Positions 9,427-18,913 of a stretch of DNA of 54,939 nt are shown here, piece by piece. The position numbers and the translations under genes are program-made. Source of the stretch: an uncultured Candidatus Saccharibacteria bacterium. Lineage in GTDB: Bacteria > Patescibacteriota > Minisyncoccia > CAIUEV01 > JAHKAQ01. How positions within the stretch are numbered: the stretch's first letter is position 1; every line of letters starts with the position of its first letter. The stretch is taken from positions 1-54,939 of the forward strand of contig CAZTZK010000019.1 in NCBI GenBank assembly GCA_964618065.1. Direction: 5' to 3'. The notes beneath the pieces are model-generated. The model had not been told where the DNA came from, searched no databases, and saw only the letters and a list, made by a program, of their open reading frames with translations.

Positions 9427-9813
9427 ATGAAAATGAAAAATAACAAGCAAGGATTTACTATTGTTGAGGTTTTGATTGTAGTGGCAATTATAGGAATTTT
9501 GGCAACTTTTATGATAGTTAGCTATGATCGTTCTCTTAAAAAAGGCCGTGATGCAAAGAGAGAATCAGATCTGGAATCGGTCAAGTTAGCTTGTAATATG
9601 TACGCTGATAAAAATGGGGCATATCCTGACGATACGGGAGGATTTAGTGGCTTAGCTATCCCATTAGCAGATTATATGGATATTAGCGGAATAGAAGATC
9701 CTCAAGATCCTGATTATGCTTATAGTTATGTAGAAGATGGAACTCGGGGTTGTATTCTTACCTATTACTCTGAAATAGACGAAGAGAATAAAGAGATCTA
9801 TTGCAAAGATTAG
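9427..9813 (+). CDS. Type IV pilin / pseudopilin-like protein (prepilin-type N-terminal cleavage/methylation domain)
   Basis: 128 aa. A short basic leader is followed by KQGFTIVEVLIVVAIIGILA (the G|FT-x-x-E class III signal), then a small globular domain with two Cys near the C-terminus. Confidence 0.8.
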   Translation: MKMKNNKQGFTIVEVLIVVAIIGILATFMIVSYDRSLKKGRDAKRESDLESVKLACNMYADKNGAYPDDTGGFSGLAIPLADYMDISGIEDPQDPDYAYSYVEDGTRGCILTYYSEIDEENKEIYCKD

Positions 9814-9842
9814 TTTCTTATTTAAAACTTTGGAGATAAAAA

Positions 9843-9932
9843 ATGATTATTTTTTATTTCTCTATTTTTTACATTTTTATTATTCTATTATCCTTGTTTT
9901 TATTTTTAAAGAGCAGAAAGCATGAAACTTAA
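9843..9932 (+). CDS. Possible 29-aa single-TM peptide (MIIFYFSIFYIFIILLSLFLFLKSRKHET)
   Basis: Not in the ORF track because it is too short. GGAG at 9832-9835 lies 7 nt upstream of the ATG at 9843, which is one of very few canonical SD sites in the window. It has a hydrophobic helix plus a basic tail, and its stop overlaps the murD start. Low-complexity AT-rich sequence can produce this by chance. Confidence 0.3.
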   Translation: MIIFYFSIFYIFIILLSLFLFLKSRKHET

Positions 9933-11337
9933 TTATAAGAAAAAAAGAGTAACCATCATGGGCTTGGGTCTGCAGGGGAGTGGAATTTCAGCGGCAGCTT
10001 TTTTTTCTAAAGCGGGGGCTAAAGTTACGGTAACTGACATAAAGACTAAAGAAAAATTAGAAAGCTCTTTGGAGAAATTAAAAGGTTATAAAAATATTAA
10101 ATATTTTTTAGGGCAACATCGCCCTGAAGATTTTTCTAAAGCTGATTTGGTTATAAAGGGACCGGGAGTTCCCGGAGATTCTAAGTATTTGGAGATAGCC
10201 AGGAAAAATAAGGTGCCCATTGAGACAGAAGCCGGAATCTTTTTTGAATTGGTTGAAAGTACTGTTATCGGTGTTACCGGAACTAGAGGAAAAAGTACTA
10301 CCGTGCAATTAATTTACGAAATTTTACAACAGACAAATAAAAAAGTATCACTTGGAGGTAACATTGCCAACAGGCCACTTTTAGGGCTTTTAAAAAATGA
10401 CAAAAAGGGAAATTTCATGGTTTTAGAACTTTCCAGTTTTCAACTTGAAGGAATTAAACCTCATCAGAAAAGTCCTCATATTGCTGTTATTACAAATTTA
10501 ATGGCTGATCATCTTGATCGCTACAAAAGCCTAGATGATTATTATAAATCCAAAGAGACTATAATTAGATATCAAAAAGAAGAAGACTTTGCTGTTTTAA
10601 ATTATGATGATGAGGAAGTAAAAAAAATGGCTTCCGCTTTAAAATCAAAAATTTGGTTTTTCTCAGTAGGAAAGATGGGAGGAGAAAAAATAGTCTTTGT
10701 TTTTGAAAATAAAATTTTTGTTAAGAAAAATGAAGAAAATGAACCGGAAGAAATTGCCAATCTGGAGAGATTAAATCTAATTGGTAAACATAGAATCTCT
10801 AATGTTTTAGCAGCGGTAGCGGTAGCTGTTATTTTAAAAATTCCTGCTAAAAAAATTAGGAAAGCGCTAGATAATTTCAGAGGAATAGAGCATCGTTTAG
10901 AAGTAGTAAGAGAATTAGAGGGAGTTCTCTATGTTAATGACACCTCAGCTACTATTCCTCAAGCTACTTCAATGGCAATTCAATCTTTTCAGGGTCCTAT
11001 CGTTCTTATTGCGGGTGGTTCTGATAAAGGCCTTAATTTTGAATCTTTGGTTAAAAATATTCTTGATAGAATTGAACATTTAATTTTGTTGCCCGGGAAA
11101 GGAACTGAACGTATGCTTAAAATTTTAAAAGAAAATTTACCAGCAGAGAATAACTCTCAATCCAGTTTTAACTTTCAACTAGCTAACGATCTTAAAGATG
11201 CAGTTTATTTAGCTCGCCAAAAAGCAAAGAATGGAAGTGTGGTTTTATTATCTCCCGGCTGTACCAGCTTTGGTAGTTTCTCAAATGAATTTGAAAGAGG
11301 GGATGAATTTAAAAGCATAGTTGAAAATCTTGGATAA
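9922..11337 (+). CDS. murD: UDP-N-acetylmuramoylalanine--D-glutamate ligase
   Basis: 471 aa. GLGLQGSG N-domain, Mur-ligase P-loop GVTGTRGKSTT, and Mur C-terminal domain blocks (GIEHRLE, LLSPGCTSFGSF). Confidence 0.9.
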   Translation: MKLNYKKKRVTIMGLGLQGSGISAAAFFSKAGAKVTVTDIKTKEKLESSLEKLKGYKNIKYFLGQHRPEDFSKADLVIKGPGVPGDSKYLEIARKNKVPIETEAGIFFELVESTVIGVTGTRGKSTTVQLIYEILQQTNKKVSLGGNIANRPLLGLLKNDKKGNFMVLELSSFQLEGIKPHQKSPHIAVITNLMADHLDRYKSLDDYYKSKETIIRYQKEEDFAVLNYDDEEVKKMASALKSKIWFFSVGKMGGEKIVFVFENKIFVKKNEENEPEEIANLERLNLIGKHRISNVLAAVAVAVILKIPAKKIRKALDNFRGIEHRLEVVRELEGVLYVNDTSATIPQATSMAIQSFQGPIVLIAGGSDKGLNFESLVKNILDRIEHLILLPGKGTERMLKILKENLPAENNSQSSFNFQLANDLKDAVYLARQKAKNGSVVLLSPGCTSFGSFSNEFERGDEFKSIVENLG

Positions 11338-11424
11338 ATTTAAAATTATATCTTTTTCTCTTTTTTAAAATTTTTTTTCTCTTTTTTAATGATTGGCTTG
11401 TTATCTTAGAACTGATGTTAGAAA

Positions 11425-12966
11425 TTGTTTTTTATTATGCCAAGAATTAATAGAGGAAAGATTTTTCTTTTTGCCAATCTATTTTTCATTGGAGGTATCT
11501 TAGCTGGCTACTTGTTTTCATTTAAACTTACTTTTTTGTGGCTGTCTTTTTTTCTATTTTCCTTTCTATTTTATAAAAGAGGAAGGCTAAAAAGAATTCT
11601 ACTGCCTGTATTTTTTATCTTGCTAGCCTTCACTTTAGGGTTCTCTCGTGTCCTTATTGAAAAAAATATTTTGGCAGAAAATAATATTTCTGAATTAAGT
11701 GGAAATAAGATAACCGGTTTTGGTGAATTTAGGAAATGTCAGCTTAGGGATAAGGGAGAGCTAAAATGCCAATTAGATAATCTAAGAATACAAACTGATG
11801 AAGGGTTAAAGTTCTATCAGGGGAAATTATTAGTTTTTTGTTCTGCTGATTTATCAAAAGACTATCAATTTGGTAACCAGCTTAGTTTTTCTGGATTGCT
11901 AGAAGAAGCAGAAAATTTTAACGGTTTTAATTATCAAGGCTATCTCTTAAAGGATGGAATTTATGCTATTTTGAGAAATCAAGAGATTAATCTTTTGGTC
12001 CAAGGAAAATCGGCAGAAAGGCATTTATCTCCTGTTATGAGGCTACAACGTTCTATTTCAGGATTTAGAGTAATAGTTGAAAAGAAAATTGCCGGTCTTT
12101 GGCAGGGAGAAATTTTAGGAATTATGAAAGCACTTTTGCTAGGAGATAAAAGTTTTTTATCTGAAGAATTAACAGAAAATTTTCAAAAGGTAGGGATTTC
12201 TCATTTAGTGGCAATTTCTGGAATGCATATTACTATTATTACTGATCTCTTATTAAATTTTTTCTTTTTCTTGGGATTACATCGTCGGATTGCTTTTGGA
12301 GGAGTTATAATGGTTCTATTTCTTTTTGTTATTCTTATTGGAATGCCAGCTTCAGCTGTTAGAGCTTTGATAATGGGGTCTTTAGGCTTTTTAGCCAAAC
12401 TTTTAGGGAGAAAAATTCAAGCTAATATTTTACTTTTTTTCACTGCCTCTTTGTTATTAACCTTTAATCCTTTACTTATTTTTTACGATGTAGGCTTCCA
12501 GCTTTCTTTTTGTGCCGTTTGGGGAATATTTAATTTGATGCCTTTTCTAGAAAATTTTTTCAATCTATTTGTGAAGTGGAAAAGAATTAGGCAGGTAATT
12601 AGTCTGACTATTTCGGCTCAGTTAGCTACCTTTCCGGTTATTATTTATCATTTTCATTATCTTTCTATTATTTCTATTTTAGCCAATCTCTTAATTTTTT
12701 GGTCTGTTTTTCCCATAATTTTTGCAGGAATTATTTCTTTGGGATTAGCTTTTCTTAACTTAGAACTAGCTAACTTTTTTGCTCTGCTAGCTCATTTAGG
12801 AATTTTGTATCTCATAAAAGTAACTGAAAATTTAGGAGCATACCAATATGCGGGAATTGAAATTAATGGGATTAAATGGGGCTGGATCGGTCTCTTGATT
12901 CTAATTTTTGGATTATTCCTCTTTAAGGATAAAAAAGCAGAGAGGGTAAGCTTAAGCCCCACTTAA
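11425..12966 (+). CDS. comEC: ComEC/Rec2 DNA-uptake channel protein (OB/DUF4131-like plus competence domains, no MBL domain)
   Basis: 513-aa polytopic ORF with the ISHLVAISGMHITII competence-domain signature. The track start is TTG at 11425, and ATG at 11437 (MPRINRG...) is an equally plausible start. Confidence 0.85.
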   Translation: MFFIMPRINRGKIFLFANLFFIGGILAGYLFSFKLTFLWLSFFLFSFLFYKRGRLKRILLPVFFILLAFTLGFSRVLIEKNILAENNISELSGNKITGFGEFRKCQLRDKGELKCQLDNLRIQTDEGLKFYQGKLLVFCSADLSKDYQFGNQLSFSGLLEEAENFNGFNYQGYLLKDGIYAILRNQEINLLVQGKSAERHLSPVMRLQRSISGFRVIVEKKIAGLWQGEILGIMKALLLGDKSFLSEELTENFQKVGISHLVAISGMHITIITDLLLNFFFFLGLHRRIAFGGVIMVLFLFVILIGMPASAVRALIMGSLGFLAKLLGRKIQANILLFFTASLLLTFNPLLIFYDVGFQLSFCAVWGIFNLMPFLENFFNLFVKWKRIRQVISLTISAQLATFPVIIYHFHYLSIISILANLLIFWSVFPIIFAGIISLGLAFLNLELANFFALLAHLGILYLIKVTENLGAYQYAGIEINGIKWGWIGLLILIFGLFLFKDKKAERVSLSPT

Positions 12967-12976
12967 ATTTTATTTT

Positions 12977-13822
12977 ATGAAAAGAGTTTTAATAATTTTA
13001 AATGCTCTAGCCATTTTGTTTATTCTCAAGTATCTTTCTCTTTTTTCTCTTTGGAAACTTCCGCTAAATTTTGAATTTAGAGCATTGGATATTGGTCAAG
13101 GAGATGCTTTATTGTTATCTATCCCTCATTCTTCTATTCAAATTCTTATTGATGGAGGACCTGATGAGAAAATAGTAGAGAAACTTAAAAATTATCTTCC
13201 TTTTGGAGATGATTTTATTGATATAGTTATTCTTACTCACGGGCACGATGATCATGTGGGGGGAATCCCCGCTGTTTTAGAGAATTTTGAGGTAGGACTC
13301 GTTATAGATTCAGGAGCGCTCTGTGATAATAAAAATTATCAAAGGATGGCAGAACAAATTGAGGCCTTAAAAATACCCAAACTTTATGCTCTTAGAGGAG
13401 AGAAGATAAAAATAGGATCGGATTTTTATCTAGAAATTATTCATCCGTTTTTTTCTCAGGGGATTGAATACAAAAATTTAAATGATGCTTCAATTACGGC
13501 TATTGCCAGCTATAAAGAGCAGAAGATTGTTTTGACTGGAGATTTGGAATTTGAAGGAGAAAAAGAAATATTAAAATATCTAGAAAGGAAAAATGACCTA
13601 GCCGAATTAGAAGCTGACATTTTGAAGGTTGGTCATCATGGAAGTAAAACAGCTACTTCTTCTGAATTTTTGGATTTAATAAATCCTAAAAAAGCTATTA
13701 TTTCCTGTGGAAAAAATAATAACTTTCAACATCCTCATTTAGAAGTTATTTCAAAACTTGAGGATAAAGAGGTTGAAATTCTAAGAACCGATCAAGGGAA
13801 AGATATCCTTGTTGAATTTTAG
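12977..13822 (+). CDS. Membrane-anchored metallo-beta-lactamase-fold hydrolase (ComEC C-terminal domain as a separate ORF)
   Basis: 281 aa. N-terminal TM helix, ALDIGQGDALLL, ILTHGHDDHVGG (HxHxDH) and KVGHHGSKTATS blocks, as in the ComEC/ComA MBL domain. It starts 10 nt after the comEC stop in a different frame. Confidence 0.8.
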   Translation: MKRVLIILNALAILFILKYLSLFSLWKLPLNFEFRALDIGQGDALLLSIPHSSIQILIDGGPDEKIVEKLKNYLPFGDDFIDIVILTHGHDDHVGGIPAVLENFEVGLVIDSGALCDNKNYQRMAEQIEALKIPKLYALRGEKIKIGSDFYLEIIHPFFSQGIEYKNLNDASITAIASYKEQKIVLTGDLEFEGEKEILKYLERKNDLAELEADILKVGHHGSKTATSSEFLDLINPKKAIISCGKNNNFQHPHLEVISKLEDKEVEILRTDQGKDILVEF

Positions 13823-13826
13823 TTTT

Positions 13827-14087
13827 TTAGTATTTCTTTTCTTCAAACCTTGTCCCAGAATCTCTGTTTATCTTTCTCATCTCTCCCGGTTTGAAATCAG
13901 CTATTTCTTTGGCAGATAAAGGTTTCTTTTCTTCCCTCATCTGATTTCTGCTGTAGTCTCGGTATTCTCTTGCCTCTTTTCGAGCCAATTTACTGATTTC
14001 TGAATTTGACATTCTAGACTCGGGATCTAGTTTTTTATTTGTCTCTTCAATTTTTTTCTTGAAGTTGTATTCTGCTCCTGATGACAT
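13827..14087 (-). CDS. Small highly charged hypothetical protein
   Basis: 86-aa Lys/Glu/Arg-rich ORF, convergent with the MBL gene. No family recognised. Coding status rests only on ORF length in AT-rich DNA. Confidence 0.4.
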   Translation of the reverse strand: MSSGAEYNFKKKIEETNKKLDPESRMSNSEISKLARKEAREYRDYSRNQMREEKKPLSAKEIADFKPGEMRKINRDSGTRFEEKKY

Positions 14088-14265
14088 TTTTTATTTATTA
14101 AACTTTTTAATTAAAAAGTTATTTTATTTCTTAAATAATAACATAGGCTTGAGAATAATGGAACAGCATAAATTTATTTTTTGTTGCAGAAAAATATAGA
14201 AATGATAACATAACAATAATAATTATTTTTTTATTCTTTTTAATTATTATTAATTAAGAAATTTT

Positions 14266-14733
14266 ATGGAAAGAACTTTAGTTTTAATAAAGCCCGATGG
14301 GCTTCAAAGAAATTTAATTGGAGAAATAATTCATCGTTTCGAAAGAAAAGGCTTGAAAATAATTGGCATGAAAATGATTTCCATAGATGATTTAAACGTG
14401 GAAGAACATTATAAGAAATATGTTAATAAACCTTTTTTTAAAAGCCTTAAAGATTTTATGCAAAGTTCTCCTGTTATCGCTTTAGCTTTGGAAGGACTAG
14501 AAGCTGTTTCAGCGGTTCGTCTTATTACAGGAGATACAAAAGGAAGGGATGCAGATGCTGGAACTATTAGAGGAGATCTTGCAATGGGAGGACAAACTAA
14601 TTTAGTTCATGTCTCTGATCCTAATGAAGACCCTGCTAGTGAAATAAAACGTTTTTTTAAAGATAAAGAACTTTTCCAGTATAAAAAAGTTGATATGCGG
14701 TATCTTTATTCGCCGGATGAGTTAGAGAAATAA
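14266..14733 (+). CDS. ndk: Nucleoside diphosphate kinase
   Basis: 155 aa. ERTLVLIKPDG, the GDTKGRDADAGTIRGD block, and the NLVHVSD active-site His block. Confidence 0.93.
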   Translation: MERTLVLIKPDGLQRNLIGEIIHRFERKGLKIIGMKMISIDDLNVEEHYKKYVNKPFFKSLKDFMQSSPVIALALEGLEAVSAVRLITGDTKGRDADAGTIRGDLAMGGQTNLVHVSDPNEDPASEIKRFFKDKELFQYKKVDMRYLYSPDELEK

Positions 14734-14751
14734 AACTTTTATATCTTTTGT

Positions 14752-14780
14752 TTGACAGTTAGTTTTCTCTTTGGTAACTT
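14752..14780 (+). promoter_or_regulatory. Candidate promoter of the str operon (TTGACA-N17-TAACTT)
   Basis: A perfect -35 TTGACA at 14752-14757, a 17-nt spacer, and TAACTT at 14775-14780, about 65 nt upstream of rpsL. Confidence 0.35.
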
Positions 14781-14846
14781 TATAAGTACTTTTATTAAGA
14801 AGCTTCGAGAGAAGTTATTTTTTTCTTTTATTTATTTATTTATTTT

Positions 14847-15275
14847 ATGCCAACAATCAACCAACTTATAAAAAGGAAAAAGAGGAAAAGAAAAGTTAGG
14901 AAATCTAAATCTCCAGCTTTGCAACGTTTTTTTAATACTTTGAAACATAAGCCTGTTAAATATTCTAAAGGGAGTCCTTTTAAAAGAGGAGTTTGTGTTA
15001 AGGTCGCCACAACTACACCTAAAAAACCAAACTCAGCTTTGAGAAAAATCGCTCGTGTTAAACTTACCAATAAAATGGAAGTTACTGCCTATATCCCCGG
15101 AATTGGCCATAATTTGCAAGAGCACTCTATTGTTACTATTAGAGGGGGTAGAGTTAAAGATTTGCCAGGAGTACGTTATCATGTAGTTAGGGGAGTTTTA
15201 GACACTGCGGGAGTTAGTGAAAGAAAAAGAGGAAGAAGCAAATATGGCGCTAAAAAACCTAAAGATAAAAAATAG
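14847..15275 (+). CDS. rpsL: 30S ribosomal protein S12
   Basis: 142 aa. [16 protein letters not shown], and VRYHVVRG blocks. Confidence 0.97.
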   Translation: MPTINQLIKRKKRKRKVRKSKSPALQRFFNTLKHKPVKYSKGSPFKRGVCVKVATTTPKKPNSALRKIARVKLTNKMEVTAYIPGIGHNLQEHSIVTIRGGRVKDLPGVRYHVVRGVLDTAGVSERKRGRSKYGAKKPKDKK

Positions 15276-15299
15276 ACTATTAAACAATTTATTATTTAA

Positions 15300-15746
15300 A
15301 TGGTAAAAAAATATTTTTCTGATCCTAAATTTAATAATGTGTTAGTTGGTCGTTTGGTAGGTCAGCTTATGAAGAAAGGCAAAAAACAAAAAGCCCAAAA
15401 GATTATTTATGATTGCTTTGATATTATAAAAGAAAAAAGTAAACGTGATCCTTTAGATGTTTTTGATGAAGCGGTAAGAAATGTTACTCCTTCATTAGAA
15501 ATTAGAGCAAAGAGAATAGGAGGAGCTAATTATCAAGTGCCGGTTCCGGTAATGGGTGAAAGAAAAATAACTTTAGCTTTGCGTTGGATTTTAACAGCAG
15601 TTAGAAATAAAAAAGGAAAAATTATGGCGGAAAAATTAGCTTTGGAAATTATGGACGCTTCTAAAAAACAGGGATCCGCAATGAAAAAAAGGGAAGATAC
15701 TCACCGAATGGCAGAAGCTAACAAAGCATTTGCTCATTTTGCTTAA
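15300..15746 (+). CDS. rpsG: 30S ribosomal protein S7
   Basis: 148 aa. [32 protein letters not shown], and the [13 protein letters not shown] tail. Confidence 0.95.
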   Translation: MVKKYFSDPKFNNVLVGRLVGQLMKKGKKQKAQKIIYDCFDIIKEKSKRDPLDVFDEAVRNVTPSLEIRAKRIGGANYQVPVPVMGERKITLALRWILTAVRNKKGKIMAEKLALEIMDASKKQGSAMKKREDTHRMAEANKAFAHFA

Positions 15747-15793
15747 AAATATTTTTTTTTAAAAAAAATCATTACTCTTTTTATAAAAACTTT

Positions 15794-17938
15794 ATGGCTC
15801 GTAAAATTCCTTTAGAAAAAACTAGAAATATTGGAATCATTGCTCATATTGATGCCGGAAAAACAACTGTTACAGAAAGAATTCTTTTTTATACCGGGAT
15901 TTCTCATAAAATTGGGGAAGTACATGAAGGAGAAGCAATTATGGATTGGATGGAACAAGAAAGAGAAAGAGGTATTACTATTACTTCAGCGGCTACAACT
16001 TGTTTTTGGTCTCCTTCAGTTTTTGGAGATAAGGGTATGATGGAGTCAGGTTTAAAAGATCATGTCATTAATATCATTGATACTCCCGGACATGTTGATT
16101 TTACGGTAGAAGTTGAACGTTCTCTCAGAGTTTTAGACGGAGGAGTGGTTGTTTTTGATGGAAAAATGGGAGTAGAACCACAATCAGAAACAGTTTGGAG
16201 ACAGGCAGACAAGTATAAAGTTCCTCGAATTTGTTTTGTTAATAAAATAAATCAAACAGGAGGAGATTTTTATATGAGCTTAGAATCTATTAAAAACAGA
16301 TTAAGCCCTAAAGCAGTAGCGATTACTTTGCCTATTGGAAGTGAGCAAAATTTAGAAGGTCTTGTTGATTTAATTGAAATGAAAGCTTTTGTTTATGCTG
16401 ACGCTGAACATACTCAATTGAAAAGAGTTGAAATTAGTGAAGAGATGAAAACCAAAGCTCAAGAGTATCGGGATCAATTAGTAGAGAAAGTAGCTGAGAC
16501 TGATGATAAATTATTAGAAGTTTTTCTAGAAGATGGAAAAATTTCTCAAAAGGAACTTAAGTACGCTATTCGAAAAGCTACTTTAGCCGGAAAACTTTTT
16601 CCGGTTGTGGGAGGTGATGGACGATCAGTCATTGTTTCAAAAATTTTAGATTACGTTCTTGATTATCTACCCAGTCCTTTGGATGTTCCTCCTATTGAAG
16701 GAGATGATCCCAAAACAGGAGATAAAATTATTCGAGAAACTAGCGATGAAGAGAGTTTTTCTGCACTAGCTTTTAAAATTGCCTCGGATCCTTTTGTAGG
16801 TAATCTTTGCTTTTTTAGAGTTTATTCAGGGGTTTTAAAAGTAGGGAGCTATATTCTAAATTCCAATAAAGATGAAAAAGAAAGAGTAGGTAGAATTGTT
16901 CGGATGCATTCCAATAAAAGAGAAGAAGTAGAAGAAATATCCGCTGGAGAAATAGCTGCCGTGGTTGGTTTAAAAAATACGACTACGGGTGACACTCTTT
17001 GTGATACAAATAATCCTATAATTTTAGAGAACATTACTTTTCCTGAACCAGTTATTTCAGTAGCAGTTGAGCCAAAGACCAAAGCTGATCAAGAAAAAAT
17101 GGGTATCGCCTTAAGAAAACTAGCTCAAGAAGATCCTACCTTTAAAATTAAAACAGACGAAGAAACTCTGGAGACAATAATTGCAGGAATGGGAGAATTG
17201 CATTTAGAAGTTTTGGTAGAAAGGATGAAGAGGGAGTTTAAAGTAGGTGCCAATATTGGAAAACCCCGAGTTGCTTATAGAGAGACAATTGAGCAAGAGG
17301 CAGAAGCTGAAGAAAAATATGTTCGTCAATCAGGAGGTCATGGTCAGTACGGACATGTTTTATTGAAACTAGAACCTCAAGAGGCGGGTAAAGGCTATGA
17401 ATTCGTTAATGCAATAAAAGGAGGAAAAATTCCCCAAGAATTTATTCCTGCCGTAGAAAAAGGAGTTAAAGAAGCCATGGAAAACGGAGTAATTGCTGGA
17501 TATCCAGTAGTTGATACTAAGGTGACTTTATTTGATGGATCTTTTCATGAAGTTGATTCTTCCGAAGCAGCTTTTAAAATTGCTGGCTCAAAAGCTTTTA
17601 AAAAAGGATTTAAAAATGCCAAACCTTATTTATTGGAACCTATTATGAAGGTAGAAGTAGTAACTCCGGAACAGTTTATGGGAGATGTTATTGGAGATTT
17701 AAATTCTAGACGGGGAATTATTGAAAATATGGAAGATCGAGGAGAAGGTAATGCTTTAGTGAAAATTATTTCAGCCAAAGTTCCTTTGGCTACTATGTTT
17801 GGTTATGCTACTGCTCTTAGGTCTTTAAGCCAAGGAAGATCTAATTATTCAATGGAATTTAGTCATTACGAAAAAATTCCTCATAATGTTACCGAGGAAA
17901 TTATAGGTAAAGAAGAAGACAAGGGAGTAAAAAATTAG
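15794..17938 (+). CDS. fusA: Elongation factor G
   Basis: 714 aa. [25 protein letters not shown] and NKID-type (VNKIN) GTPase motifs, with domains II-V conserved. Confidence 0.97.
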   Translation: MARKIPLEKTRNIGIIAHIDAGKTTVTERILFYTGISHKIGEVHEGEAIMDWMEQERERGITITSAATTCFWSPSVFGDKGMMESGLKDHVINIIDTPGHVDFTVEVERSLRVLDGGVVVFDGKMGVEPQSETVWRQADKYKVPRICFVNKINQTGGDFYMSLESIKNRLSPKAVAITLPIGSEQNLEGLVDLIEMKAFVYADAEHTQLKRVEISEEMKTKAQEYRDQLVEKVAETDDKLLEVFLEDGKISQKELKYAIRKATLAGKLFPVVGGDGRSVIVSKILDYVLDYLPSPLDVPPIEGDDPKTGDKIIRETSDEESFSALAFKIASDPFVGNLCFFRVYSGVLKVGSYILNSNKDEKERVGRIVRMHSNKREEVEEISAGEIAAVVGLKNTTTGDTLCDTNNPIILENITFPEPVISVAVEPKTKADQEKMGIALRKLAQEDPTFKIKTDEETLETIIAGMGELHLEVLVERMKREFKVGANIGKPRVAYRETIEQEAEAEEKYVRQSGGHGQYGHVLLKLEPQEAGKGYEFVNAIKGGKIPQEFIPAVEKGVKEAMENGVIAGYPVVDTKVTLFDGSFHEVDSSEAAFKIAGSKAFKKGFKNAKPYLLEPIMKVEVVTPEQFMGDVIGDLNSRRGIIENMEDRGEGNALVKIISAKVPLATMFGYATALRSLSQGRSNYSMEFSHYEKIPHNVTEEIIGKEEDKGVKN

Positions 17939-18010
17939 AAAAATTCTGAAATTTTAAGTTAAGAAGCTTTTTTGTTCATAAATTTGAAGTTTATAAGTTA
18001 AATTTTATCT

Positions 18011-18580
18011 GTGAATCCGTTTAAAATCATAAATAAATACTACAATCCTCAATCAACTGAGTACCAAGTGTTAATTATCCATTCTACTTTAGTAGCAAAG
18101 AAGTCATTAGAAATTGCTGATTTATTTTCTCAGAGAACAAAAGAAAATATTTCTAAGAGTTTTATTTATGAAGCAGCTCTTCTTCATGATCTCGGGTTTA
18201 ATTTTCCCGGGGAATTAAAAAACAGGGAAAAATTTGTTGGTTGTTATATAACTCATGGATATTATGGAGCTGAGATTTTGCGAAAAGAAAAATTACCGAA
18301 GCATGCGCAAGTAGCCGAAAATCATGTGGGCCTGGGTCTAAGTAGAGAGGAAATTATCAATAACAAATGGCCACTTCCTCTTAAAGACTATTATCCCGAA
18401 ACAATTGCAGAAAAAATTATTGCTTACGCTGATTTGTTTTATTCTAAAGGAGTTAAAAAAACAGAAGATCTTTTTAGAGAAAGAAGCCATGAAGAAGTTA
18501 TGAAAAAGATTAAAAGTTATCAGAACTTTAAAGATAAGATTAAAATTTTTTTAGAATGGGAGAAATTACTTCTTGGGTGA
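18011..18580 (+). CDS. HD-domain metal-dependent phosphohydrolase
   Basis: 189 aa with a GTG start. It carries the H...HD signature (IIHSTLVA ... AALLHDLG) and a later AYADLFYS block. It is inserted between fusA and tuf. Confidence 0.7.
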   Translation: MNPFKIINKYYNPQSTEYQVLIIHSTLVAKKSLEIADLFSQRTKENISKSFIYEAALLHDLGFNFPGELKNREKFVGCYITHGYYGAEILRKEKLPKHAQVAENHVGLGLSREEIINNKWPLPLKDYYPETIAEKIIAYADLFYSKGVKKTEDLFRERSHEEVMKKIKSYQNFKDKIKIFLEWEKLLLG

Positions 18581-18710
18581 AAAGGTGAAGGGTAAATCTC
18601 TATAAATTATGGATCTAAATTTTAGAAATAGGTATTATCGCATTCTTAGTATAATCCAATTTAGATATTTTTAATGGAACCTTAATTAAATAAATGGTAG
18701 GGTACAATTA

Positions 18711-18774
18711 CGAGAGAACAAGGAGATAAAGCATCTGTGTTAATTAGTAAAACATTATCTCTCTGTTTATCTCG
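18711..18774 (+). repeat. Imperfect inverted repeat / long hairpin in the HD-tuf spacer
   Basis: CGAGA...GGAGATAA at the 5' side pairs with TTATCTCT...TCTCG at the 3' side. The inner stem is 8 bp including one G-U, the outer stem is 5 bp plus scattered pairs, and the loop is about 25 nt. Confidence 0.4.
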
Positions 18775-18783
18775 CACATTAAC

Positions 18784-18813
18784 TTGACTTAAAGTTGATT
18801 TTCCGCTAATTAT
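18784..18813 (+). promoter_or_regulatory. Candidate tuf promoter (TTGACT-N17/18-TAATTAT)
   Basis: TTGACT at 18784-18789 with an AT-rich -10 candidate 17-18 nt downstream, about 120 nt upstream of the tuf ATG. Confidence 0.3.
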
Positions 18814-18858
18814 TAACTAATACTTTCTAATAATTATCATTAAGTTTAATAAATTAAT

Positions 18859-18913
18859 AAGACCGATTGGGTAAAACTCAATTTTCAGATTTAGAACAAT
18901 TGAGATTGGTCTT
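18859..18913 (+). promoter_or_regulatory. Bipartite hairpin in the tuf 5' leader
   Basis: AAGACCGAT (18859-18867) pairs with ATTGGTCTT (18905-18913). CTCAATT (18877-18883) pairs with AATTGAG (18898-18904). The loop is 14 nt, and the structure ends 8 nt before the GGAG SD of tuf. Confidence 0.4.

Noticed and set aside
11338-11424. Direct repeat TTTTCTCTTTTTTAA x2 upstream of comEC
   Set aside because: It is a low-complexity T-rich tract. It probably reflects composition or slippage rather than a specific element.
10108-12398. Minus-strand ORFs 10108-10308 and 12201-12398
   Set aside because: They are antisense to murD and comEC respectively, with no independent evidence.
14840-15070. 76-aa minus-strand ORF from the track
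   Set aside because: It is entirely antisense to the highly conserved rpsL coding sequence. It has no recognisable family and looks like a shadow ORF.
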